Shown here piece after piece: positions 44,401-53,489 of a stretch of 64,000 nucleotides of DNA. Both the position numbers and the translations under genes were made by a program. The notes below the pieces were generated by a model. It did no database searches. It had not been told where the DNA came from and was given only the letters and a program-made list of their open reading frames with translations. The stretch spans positions 821,859-885,858 of the forward strand of contig SMSO01000006.1 in the NCBI GenBank assembly GCA_004764695.1. The letters are read 5' to 3'. Within the stretch, counting starts at the first letter, position 1, and the number at the start of each line of letters is the position of its first letter. Origin of the DNA: Schizochytrium sp. TIO01. Lineage: Eukaryota > Protista > Bigyra: Labyrinthulomycetes.

Positions 44401-47400
44401 CTTATTGACCCAGCTGTAGACACCATCCTTGAGTGCCTAAACCAGCTATTTGCTGTTGAACGTGGTTATGTTACAAATGACATACTTTCACTGTGTGAGA
44501 AGCTTGAGCATATAAACGATGATAACTCTGGTGAGATTCCTCCTGAAGAGCGAGCGCTTTTGTACCCACTATGTTCTGTAATTAGTCGAGCTTTATTACA
44601 ACAGTCGAACCGCGACCTAAACAAGGACAATGCGCAGGCCATATTCCAACGCTTGGAGTATGGAATTGGTTCTGCAAGCGTTTTTCTTATGGAGATACTG
44701 TTGCGGCTACAACTTGGAAATCAATCAGAGAATGTGAACGGTGTTACACACGCATCAAAAAGTTTTAATTGTGCAGCTTGGCGTACATCAAGACTCCAGA
44801 AAAGTATTTATTCATATGCTGAAAGTTTTGGTGCACATCTTGCCCCCGAGCTAATCAAGAACCCTTTTCCCAACCTTGCTAGCTGGGCGCCTGAGATTCT
44901 TCTTTGTCAATGGAAAGAAAATGCAACCGACTTTTTCTTCCAACAAGCCGGCGCATTCACGCCTGTTTCGAACACCCTAGTATCTATCTTTGTGAGCTCT
45001 ACTGATGCTCAAAACCTAACGGCGAGTCAGAGACTTCTTGCTGATAACGTGACTGTAGAGGTTCCGGTTTCGGAGAAGTACGCATGTACCCGTGATCTTA
45101 ATTTTGGGAACAATGAAGATCAGAGTGCCGCATTTGTTCGAGTTCAACTTGTCTCTTCAGAGCAAAGGTTATTAGCCTGTGGTGTATGGGATCCTCGTCT
45201 CACGAAAGATGCTAAAGATGTACAAAGCCCGATCGAAGGAGCACGACTCAACATGTGTGCAATCTCTCAAGTCAAAGAAGACAGTAACGGACGAGTTTCT
45301 TCAATAACCTGTTCTTGCTCAAGACAAGGAGTGATTAGCGCGTGGTTCCTGAACCCAGACAGTATGTTTGCCATTTCTATCTTTCGTCAAAGCAATTCAC
45401 AAGAATGGTATTGGGTATTGGTACTAATTGCTGTAATTTCGGCTTCATGGGGTGGGCTTGTACTTGTAGCTCGGCATCGCGACGCCAAGGAAACAGACTT
45501 GCGTGCAAGAGGGTTGTTTTTACTTGCAGTTCGATGTGCTCAGCTTGAAAGAATTGCTATACGAAGCGCTCTACTCGAGCTTCGACGCCTACGAACAGCT
45601 CGTTTACGACTTTGTCACAAGAGTGATGTGCGCAACTTCAGTTCAACACAACTGGCAGATTCTCCTAGTAGGCACACCCAGCGTAGCATATCGCAAGCTT
45701 TCATTCCGGCCGATTCTGATAAGACAAGGTCTCGGGCACTTCGTACCGGGTCTGGGCATAACTACACCGCAGATACAGCTGCTGAAGCCTCACTTAAATC
45801 ATCAACTTCATCCATACGCAAGGGGACCCAATCTCCACGTGCTCATCAAATGAATTCCTCGTTATTTGCAGTGCGCCGACGTAACTCATCCAGTAGCACT
45901 AAAAGCTCGTCAGAGGTATATTCGTCTGGGACATCTCCGTGGGTACCGCTAGTCGAGAGGGTGGATAATTCAGGGAATGGAGGAGATACTTCAGTAGCAG
46001 AAGATAAGTTACAGCATCTAGAATCCAAAAACGGAGGTATACTCTCACAGGTCTTTGTGGAGATTACAAGCACGATATGTCAACACCATTTGTATTTGTC
46101 ACTTTTTAATCGGAAAGCAGACCGCACATTCTCTCGGATGCGACAAGCTGGCCTCATCGGAATTACAACGCATATCATCTTACTTGTCTCTTTGGCAATC
46201 GCTAATAATGTGGAAAATGAAAACCTCGATTACTACATGGCTATTGTTCCGTCCATAGCTGCTCTCCCAATCGGACTTTCACTACGCACGTTGTTACTTT
46301 GTTTGCCTCCTCTATCGTCTGTGCATTGTGCGGTAGCTTGCTTTCAGTATTACTGCTTTGGGCATGCCCGAGGCTACTCCAAGGCTGCTTCTGAAGACGA
46401 GGATTCTGATAGTGATGAAGAGGAATCTGAGGACTATAGGGGTGTTATTGGTGGAAGTGGAGGAGGTTCATCAACAATGCTGAACTGGCAGACATCGACT
46501 CAGGGTCCTCAGATTCGCGAGGATCAGCGTGTTAACATTCGTCGCACTTCTTTGCGCATTAACAATGGTTCGTCGGGTGAGAGTGATAGCTCTGAGACAG
46601 ATTTTGAGAATGAGCATACACAAGAACTTTTGCATAAACTGCTCTATGTAGCAGCCAATATTCGTATTAGTACGCAGAAGAGCTCCTCGCGACGATTGTA
46701 TCCTGTAGAATTTCAACGAGAGTGGCCTCTTGAAGAAGAAATTGATGCGCGGGCATTTTGTGTGAATCCACTTCCATCTCCACGTTACTCAATCAGATCA
46801 TCGTTTCGAGAAGTTTATGCAGCCTGGGGCTGGTTTGCTGTTTTTTGTGTCAAGTCGTGTGTCGTGTTCTCAACTTGGGCATACCCTCTTTCTCATTCTT
46901 CCAGTTTTTCTCATACGAAAATATGGGACGTCCTGTACTTTTTTACAGGTGCTCTATTGATTGACGTTTTTCTATTACAGACAGCGGTAGCTTTGGCTCG
47001 CCGAGGACTGAGCTGGAAGCATCTAAGTCATGATCCTCACAACGCTCGAGATCGCATAGGCCAGGACGAAGACATTCATATTCGTCCCAGAGGATGGAAT
47101 TTCCATGGGTATCAAGGTGTTGCTCAAACCGCCAGAGATGGGGGTGACACAACCCCTTCAGCGTCTCCACGGCATGGCTTGCAAGCCCACCACCAGCCGA
47201 CAATGCATTTTAACAATGGTGAAATTAGCGAAATTGAATTGACGACTATGTCCTCACCAACACGGCCTTCTCAGGATGCGTCAGCATCTCTGCCATCTTC
47301 TAGTAAGTCGAGCTCTGATGCGGAGAGTCGCTTAATCCTTGTCCCAGATCAATTTTGCGTACATTCTCTTCATCCGTCATACAGCAATAATCAAGGAACG

Positions 47401-48099
47401 GGTGATCATAACACGTTACCGGTGCGCAGTAACGAACCGCCCACATCTCTTTTGAGAGGAAGTAGGTTTACTCGAGAAGCAGATCGTTCAATTCCCCCAC
47501 CTCAAGTAGATACCAGCGTGCCAGGCTTTTTTCCTGGAAACGTGGATGTTTCCATATCGCCCTCTTCTGCTGGTGGTCTCCAAGCCTTTGTAGGATTTCA
47601 AGAGGCTTCATGTCTTTCTGACGTGGATGTAGATGAAGGAGTTGATGACGCCACCAATCCAGATATTGGCTTTGATGCTGGTGATCTTAATCGTAGAAAC
47701 GGCGGTCGCTCAGATCATGATGATTGTATAAGCTACGATGGTGTCGAATCAACAGTTTCATCATATGCACAAGTCCCGCGGCATCTTCTTGAGGAGGAGT
47801 CTTGGTCCTTCTTAGGTGTAATGTCCAATATGACGGGTTTTATGGGCCATTCTCATAATGACCAGCAACAATTCGATGATCAGGAGATGGAGATTGAAGA
47901 AGACATTGAACTTGAAGCAGCAGAATACAGTGCCCAACAGGAGGGTTTTCAGCGACAGCGACCGCAGCAGCATCAAGATTTAGATGCTGAGGATAATAGC
48001 GCAGAAGTGTGCAGTCTCTCAACGACATCTTCAATTGGTGATGCCGCTCCGGATACCCCAGTTGACCTTGCTGAAGTAGAACAAGAAACTGATTTTTAA
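41440..48099 (+). CDS. Polycystin-1/PKDREJ-like receptor (REJ + degenerate GPS + ~5 TM), single exon, 2219 aa
   Basis: N-terminal hydrophobic segment; REJ motifs ISGGNRTI...LDGSNSLDPD...LVYEWRC and WVDSNPPLRFHFQY; GPS-like LACGVWD...ITCSCSRQGVISAW before TM1; PKD1-type HHLYLSLFNRKADRTFSRMRQ; further TMs ending at LLIDVFLLQTAVAL. Start moved to ATG 41440. Confidence 0.85.
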   Translation: MSCNRATSFQTQDASARTRKTFKNEELCTQTIKKTRQVRIRHPYAPVRLKRGARGQGLSLGCSFIAFTFLVQCVILATFCCERGFATGLPSRNNSTTSVNSLSTQGTVEGSTWLQATMHNNRTDELENLRSITVPPRKVRLLSKSTVQAFVGPRIISARYTFEGTQIAVEFEEPAFHGETLRAGWFDCENVIIIKEPLGRCQWLRHMRGLLVEPTLRAPIRELAFFEGALASEPELSSLQIITVDQPVSLDLSTPLLRASSSISRSCDDMSMNLEYTPILHLDASQTRNTPLLTSISFLYRITQNEEAIQNCQFQSDETTPDLSDLTCNFDVSILDKSVSQIQVAVRVQNVFGHVSLTPWQSVTIYETNIPRLVVDQPSLSPIALADIRPVRASVEYCNGSLVREPEIYWQVRETSGTLDADLEDLMVPTADKSVVQLAPARAKLANLIGLKVQIKATASISHLSGTLSTSYIFYVTIEPSQLQVQISGGNRTIAHGDTNSFMLDGSNSLDPDHWRTPAIPLVYEWRCAPARACLAFSIHVCDIDDVPRPGSWQVTSWSGHQAPQVDEFVHVVSNYPRLQVAMLAAEKESVRNDDMIHFWLQIKAGDGRMRLVENPLQLRVVPSSMPAIAYISQVPDILSPGSTSEFHGTCDTSTSTSTKAEDPVRPVWGLKHPETATQVWFQDDDTLLHRFHHVVANGLVLLVNTTELLRNFPDEDHFTFLLQCRHESFANSAVITATVPFYPRPKGLYIAAAPYNGNVHGVKFDLSTWGWVDSNPPLRFHFQYNVLNSPEVSESLVLSTSVRPQASQQFSFPDLGGSQIRVYAVGVNVRGAMRKISRSIVLTLSSATHDNSHTTLLGLENSIPRFVVDWALSAGTGDTLQSLVTFVNAVKAQDVLEHFQSKGRLEVACALQSLMWQRLRSMVTMSFVLPQDFPAFAMEVSSVYLAMLGAFSKLYAPARLHAVECLADLVEFWARLSPLLKTLDHALIDPAVDTILECLNQLFAVERGYVTNDILSLCEKLEHINDDNSGEIPPEERALLYPLCSVISRALLQQSNRDLNKDNAQAIFQRLEYGIGSASVFLMEILLRLQLGNQSENVNGVTHASKSFNCAAWRTSRLQKSIYSYAESFGAHLAPELIKNPFPNLASWAPEILLCQWKENATDFFFQQAGAFTPVSNTLVSIFVSSTDAQNLTASQRLLADNVTVEVPVSEKYACTRDLNFGNNEDQSAAFVRVQLVSSEQRLLACGVWDPRLTKDAKDVQSPIEGARLNMCAISQVKEDSNGRVSSITCSCSRQGVISAWFLNPDSMFAISIFRQSNSQEWYWVLVLIAVISASWGGLVLVARHRDAKETDLRARGLFLLAVRCAQLERIAIRSALLELRRLRTARLRLCHKSDVRNFSSTQLADSPSRHTQRSISQAFIPADSDKTRSRALRTGSGHNYTADTAAEASLKSSTSSIRKGTQSPRAHQMNSSLFAVRRRNSSSSTKSSSEVYSSGTSPWVPLVERVDNSGNGGDTSVAEDKLQHLESKNGGILSQVFVEITSTICQHHLYLSLFNRKADRTFSRMRQAGLIGITTHIILLVSLAIANNVENENLDYYMAIVPSIAALPIGLSLRTLLLCLPPLSSVHCAVACFQYYCFGHARGYSKAASEDEDSDSDEEESEDYRGVIGGSGGGSSTMLNWQTSTQGPQIREDQRVNIRRTSLRINNGSSGESDSSETDFENEHTQELLHKLLYVAANIRISTQKSSSRRLYPVEFQREWPLEEEIDARAFCVNPLPSPRYSIRSSFREVYAAWGWFAVFCVKSCVVFSTWAYPLSHSSSFSHTKIWDVLYFFTGALLIDVFLLQTAVALARRGLSWKHLSHDPHNARDRIGQDEDIHIRPRGWNFHGYQGVAQTARDGGDTTPSASPRHGLQAHHQPTMHFNNGEISEIELTTMSSPTRPSQDASASLPSSSKSSSDAESRLILVPDQFCVHSLHPSYSNNQGTGDHNTLPVRSNEPPTSLLRGSRFTREADRSIPPPQVDTSVPGFFPGNVDVSISPSSAGGLQAFVGFQEASCLSDVDVDEGVDDATNPDIGFDAGDLNRRNGGRSDHDDCISYDGVESTVSSYAQVPRHLLEEESWSFLGVMSNMTGFMGHSHNDQQQFDDQEMEIEEDIELEAAEYSAQQEGFQRQRPQQHQDLDAEDNSAEVCSLSTTSSIGDAAPDTPVDLAEVEQETDF

Positions 48100-48637
48100 T
48101 GTACCATATTCAATTCTTTTGTTTGCTCTTTCTGGTATTTATCTCAAATGTTCACTATTTTGTACCATTCATAAAGCGTTCTTACCACGGAAATGATGAA
48201 CAGTGCAAGGCTCACCAATCACAACATGAGTAGGGCACCAGCAAACACTCAGAACAACCACAGAAGGTGGCATATAGGCCAAAGGTGAGTGGGTAGGCAC
48301 CGTCAAACTGATAGATAGATACATCAAATGGAAAAGGAGCAAAAGAGCAAGTTCCTGCTGGAGATTACGAGTTGACAGACAAGGAGAGTGGTATGTTATC
48401 AAATATTCGCTCTTTTTTATTGTTTTCAAATTTATAAGAAAGGTTGGTGGGAAGAGGGAGAGTAGAAGAAGAAAATTGAGAAGTAGTCCAAACATATGGA
48501 TCAGTTTAGTCGTGCTCATCATAGGTCTACATTGAACGAGATAATGACGCGGTCCGTGGAAGATGCACAGCCAAACAAAACGGTCAAAAACCTAGTATGT
48601 CAAGAAAGACAAAGGCCATCTTTGCTTGCTTACGGGT

Positions 48638-50107
48638 TTACTTCTGGGAGGAAGAACGTGTGGCAAGCGTAATTCCAACCACAATCGCCGCACCCACGGC
48701 AATCAAAACACCTGGAAGCACCGGCGAAGAAGTCCAGCCAGCCAGCGGAGATGAGACGGCATCCAATCTTGGTGCCCGAGGATCATCTCCCACAAGGCGA
48801 ATCTTGCGGTGCTTGTACGAGCGCAGGCCAGGTCCCATCCCATAATCCTTAACGCACTGTCCGTTGCCGTGAAGTCTGTACTTGTAAATCACAAGTCCTT
48901 CGAGACCCACGGGTCCTCTTGCATGAATTCTGTTCGTGCTGACGCCAACCTCTGCTCCGAAACCAAATCTGAAGCCATCTGCAAACCTCGTAGATGCATT
49001 GTGGAACACATCCGCAGATCCCACGCCCTGCATGAAGAGTTCTGCGGTGGCTCCGTTTTCAGTAACAATCGCATCCGTGTGCTGTGATCCGCACGTGTTA
49101 ATGTGCTCAATCGCAGCTTGAACATCCTGAACTACCTTGACTGCCATCTCGAGGCCAAGGTACTCCATGACAAAGTCATCTTCGGTTGCTGGGGCAGTGC
49201 ACTCCGAGGGCAAGAACGGGAGACTGTCAGCGTCTGCATGGAGCTTGACGCCAGCGGCCTGAAGAGCTTTGCCGATGACAGGAAGCATTGTCTCAACACA
49301 GTCTGCGTGCACAAGAAGAGTTTCCGCTGCATTGCACGCCGCAGTGTATTGGGTCTTAGAGTCAACGACGATGTGAACTGCACGCTCAAGGTCTGCATCC
49401 CGGTCAACGTAGACGGCGCAAATGCCATCTGCGTGGCCCATAACCGGAATTCTCGTGGAGTTCATGACGCTTCGTACAAGTTGGTTGCTGCCACGCGGGA
49501 TAACGAGGTCGATATACTTGTCGAGCTGAAGCAGTTCTTGGATATCCTCGCGCGTAGAGACCAACTGCACAGCGTCGGGGGGGAGCCCTGCGCGGTCCAA
49601 GGCGACGCGGAAGGCTGCGACGAGCGCCATGTTGGATCGGAGGGCCTCCTTACCGCCCTTAAGGATAACTGCGTTGGCGGACTTGATAGCAAGCGAGGCA
49701 ATCTGCACAGCGGCCTCTGGTCTTGACTCAAAGATAATGCACAGCACACCGATGGGGCAAGTGACGCGGTATAGGTCGAGGCCATCGTCAAGCTCCGTAG
49801 CCAGAGTCACACGACCAACAGGGTCTGAGACCTTGACGACATCGTTCAAACCCTGAAGGAGAGTCTCAAACTTGTCGCCTTCGAGGTTGAGCCGCTTCTG
49901 GAGCGAGTTTGAGAGGTTGTTCTCACTGGCAATTCGCTTGTCCTCGCGGTTCGCCTCCAAAATTCGCAGCCTCTGCACCTCCAATTCGCGAGCGATTTCA
50001 ATGAGAGCTGCATCTTTAGCCTCGCGACTGAGGGACCCCAAAATGTGCGAGGCAGCGCGAGCTCGGGCCGCAACCTCTTCAAGATTGTTTCCTTGATGAG
50101 CCTCCAT
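48638..50107 (-). CDS. proA: Gamma-glutamyl phosphate reductase (glutamate-5-semialdehyde dehydrogenase) with C-terminal hydrophobic tail
   Basis: Motifs PIGVLCIIFESRP, ILKGGKEA, IDLVIPRGSNQLV, GHADGIC, catalytic AACNAAETLLVH and NASTRFADGFRFGFGAEVGVSTNRIHARGPVGLEGL. Start moved to ATG 50107 (489 aa). Confidence 0.96.
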   Translation of the reverse strand: MEAHQGNNLEEVAARARAASHILGSLSREAKDAALIEIARELEVQRLRILEANREDKRIASENNLSNSLQKRLNLEGDKFETLLQGLNDVVKVSDPVGRVTLATELDDGLDLYRVTCPIGVLCIIFESRPEAAVQIASLAIKSANAVILKGGKEALRSNMALVAAFRVALDRAGLPPDAVQLVSTREDIQELLQLDKYIDLVIPRGSNQLVRSVMNSTRIPVMGHADGICAVYVDRDADLERAVHIVVDSKTQYTAACNAAETLLVHADCVETMLPVIGKALQAAGVKLHADADSLPFLPSECTAPATEDDFVMEYLGLEMAVKVVQDVQAAIEHINTCGSQHTDAIVTENGATAELFMQGVGSADVFHNASTRFADGFRFGFGAEVGVSTNRIHARGPVGLEGLVIYKYRLHGNGQCVKDYGMGPGLRSYKHRKIRLVGDDPRAPRLDAVSSPLAGWTSSPVLPGVLIAVGAAIVVGITLATRSSSQK

Positions 50108-50440
50108 ATTTCTTGTATTGCTTTTCTGTGTTGGTTTGTATGTAGCAAGGTCCTCCCTCGATTTCCACCAATTCCTCGTCCCTTCGCCGCAGATTACAAG
50201 CCTGACCGCTGCGATAGCCCGCACAAGTCTTGCTTGAACCCACCCAACTTATGACCAAAGTCCTTGCGCAACGCCAAGTCCGCCTTGACGCGGTCTCGAG
50301 CGTGGCCACTGGAGTCTGCTGCTGCTCCTTTTGCTGATGCACTCTGCCACTGCACTGCTACCGCCCCTCTAACCACTCCTACACACTGCTTTTCTTATCC
50401 TCCAAGTACTCTGTACTCTACCTCGTCCCTGCACAGTCAA

Positions 50441-50484
50441 CAATCTCTATAACCCACTTTATCAATCCCTATAACCTACTTTAT
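50441..50484. repeat. 22-bp tandem duplication CAATC[T/C]CTATAACC[C/T]ACTTTAT, with a related copy at ~52706-52728
   Basis: Directly visible. Confidence 0.7.
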
Positions 50485-53400
50485 CTCCCCCCCGCAAGTG
50501 AAACTTTCCGCCGCCGCACTACCGCCTAAGGAAGGCGCGGCGCGCGGTGACCTCAGAGAAGGAAGAAAAGAAGACAGAGTGTAATAGCACGAACTACGAA
50601 GAAGCCTTCCTCGAGTTTAGGCTTGAGTCTAGGCCCAAGGTTTGATTGCTCTTGCGGCGATGACTTTGGGTTTGCAGACTCTGTGGGATTGATTGGCGTT
50701 GGAGCGAAAGGCGGTTGAGGATTTGTTTGCCGATTTTGTTTGCTTTGGTTATTACATGATTGATCTCTTTATGCATTGCTTGCGAGTTGTGAACTCTTGA
50801 AGAAAAAGCACTTTCTTTCTTTCTTTCTGTGTCTGTCTCTTCACTTCATGTGAAGTAAGTTCTTCGCAGCGGCCACAGTTGGTTTGGAATGGTCGTTTAT
50901 TCGTTTGCTGATTTGGACTCGGAGTCTGAGGGGGTGCAATGATGAGGAGCAGGCAGGCAGGCAGGGGCTTATAACCTACGCCGCAATGTGATTGATTCTA
51001 CAGTCGGTCGGAACCTTGAAGAAGGGTCTGAGAAAAGAATGTGTTGCCCATTACTGCCCTCCATGTCGTAGCAGGTGCTGCATAGAACAGAAAAGAACAG
51101 TGAGGTTATGTGCTTTAGAACGAATAAACTTTTCTGGTTTTGCCAATTGCGAGAATACGAAGTCGCAGTATCTGGGTAGAATCGTGAATTCCAGAGGGAA
51201 GTGGAGAGATACGGGAGGACAGCAAACAGCCAGTGCCGTAGCACCTAGGTGGGCACCTACCTACCACGCTGTCTGGAGAGACTTGCTAGCCCTCTCCTCT
51301 TCCCTCTCAAGGCAAGAGATCATCGCAAGGTTTGTAACAACTTTACTAATCGAAGAGAGTTCTCCGAATAGTGACGAGCGAAGTAACCGCATCCTACGTA
51401 GGCAAGCATATCGATTCTACCTTGGAGTAGCGCGGGTCGGCATGCATGCACTCGTTCCGAGTCGTTGATGAAGTAGCTGCTTGAGAGGTGATTCGTGTCG
51501 GTGTCTTGTCTTCATGGGTTACATCAATTGAGAATTGCTGAGATTGGAGAGGAAGAAATCGTTCCAGTCCCATATCTTGCTATACACTGCAGCAGTGGAA
51601 CCGCCTCAATGACGGTCGCAGAGCTCAGCTCTTTACGAACTCTGTGATGACCACGTTCATAGCTGGCTGGAAAAAACGCATGCATTCTTGCAGAACCAAG
51701 AACCTCGAGCCGGCATGACACCAATCGACTGGAACCAATTGAAGAACTCTCAAGCATGGCAAACTTAGGTATAGGTATGTGTCTACCGAGACAGAGAGAA
51801 GCATCCGTTGCAAGAGAGTTATTGAGGCGGATCTCCGAAATCAAGTCTGAGATCAGGTTCAGGCTTTAAACCACGATGCTTGAGGTGTCTTGAGCGTATT
51901 CCTCGAAAGCTTGCAGACTTGTCCAACCAGCTGTGAGCGAACAAGGAATCAAGGATTCTTGCGGACCTGATCTTAAGGGGCCCATTGCACAGAGCGTTGA
52001 ACGTGAATTTCCACATATAGCAAAGATCTACCCGAGACAACTGCTGATTTTGCTCAAGAGCAGCGCCTGGGTCCGTGGGCAAACCTGCTTGATGATTACT
52101 TACTTGGCGGGTGTGGAGCTATTTGTGCAGCAATAAATATCGTTTTCAGTCAACTCTTGGATGTGCTATGCAGCTATATATAGAATGGATCTCCGTTCAG
52201 GTCAGTTCACAAATTCACCTCTGGCAATCACTTCTAAGTACTTCTGGGCCCATGCCAGTGACCATAGGAGCTCGACAAACATCGTGCATCATAGTTCAGC
52301 CTTCCGCTCTTACTGATTTGAAGTTCTTTGATTTAATTTAACCTTTATCTGTAATTTTTTTAATGTAATCCTAACGACGACAGACTAAGCAATACTAAGA
52401 GTGCCCTATTATTAACCTCGACTAATCAAATAGCAGAATTTCTATATTTGTTTTTGTTTTTCTATTTAGTTTAGTTTTTTCCCCTCCTCTTCTACTGTGT
52501 CATTCGTGGCCACATCCTTCACAGCTCTGCAGGAGTCTCCATCTCCTCAACCACCATCGTTCTTGTGGCCCCAATCAGCCCAACGCCATCGATCTCTACC
52601 GCTTTTGCCACCGCAGTGCTATCATTGTCCAGCTTTCCGTCCTCCAAAGTCCAATCTTTCAGACTTAGGTCCATAACCCACTCGTGGCTCACCATCCTCT
52701 ATAAACAATCCCCTCTATAACCTATTTAGATTGAGAAAATCAAGTGGAGTATTAAGTCTGTCGCAAGTACGGTATTCACAGGAAACCCAACCTTTAAGCA
52801 TAGACCCTGGGGTTGCCGTCATGTCACGAGTGGGTGGCGGTGAGAGCGTAGGAGACCTTGGCAGAGTTGGAATCGCGGCGGCTGGCTGCGCGCGCGTTGG
52901 GGCGCGACGCTGCGGTGGTCTTGGCGGCGCTCTCTGGTTTGATAAAACCTCCACATCATCCTGCGAGGGTTCTGTGTGTTGTTTTATTCCTGCCCTGCGA
53001 GGCTGTGCGTTGGTGCCGAGCGACATTGAATCGAAGAGACCAGCCAGTCAGGAAGAAGGCCTTACTAGGAAAGAACGAAGAAGGAGCGAGGAAGGGAAAA
53101 GGGACGCAAAGTCTCACAGCGGGCAAACAAGAAAATCCAAGCTCGCAGATATTTGTAGAATAGGTAGCTTGGATTCTTGCTACTTAGGTGGCTTAGTCTG
53201 AGCTGGTTATTTTTATTTAAACTATTGCTCTGACGGGCCCTTTAGAAGTGAGTGAGGTTGCTTCTTTGGATTTGGGGGAGAATCTGAACAACTTCTGTGC
53301 TAGATCACCACGTGACACAATAGCTCCGCGTGCAAAATTATACACCCTATTGTGGGAAGCGGTAGTATATACAAACAATCGGTGGTAGCTCAAAATTGGT

Positions 53401-53489
53401 TTTTTTGGGGGGTAAATTTGTTCTCGTTTTGCACGTGCAAGTGAAATAATCGTCTGTTTTAAAACCGAATCAGAGGTGAGATTTACAAC

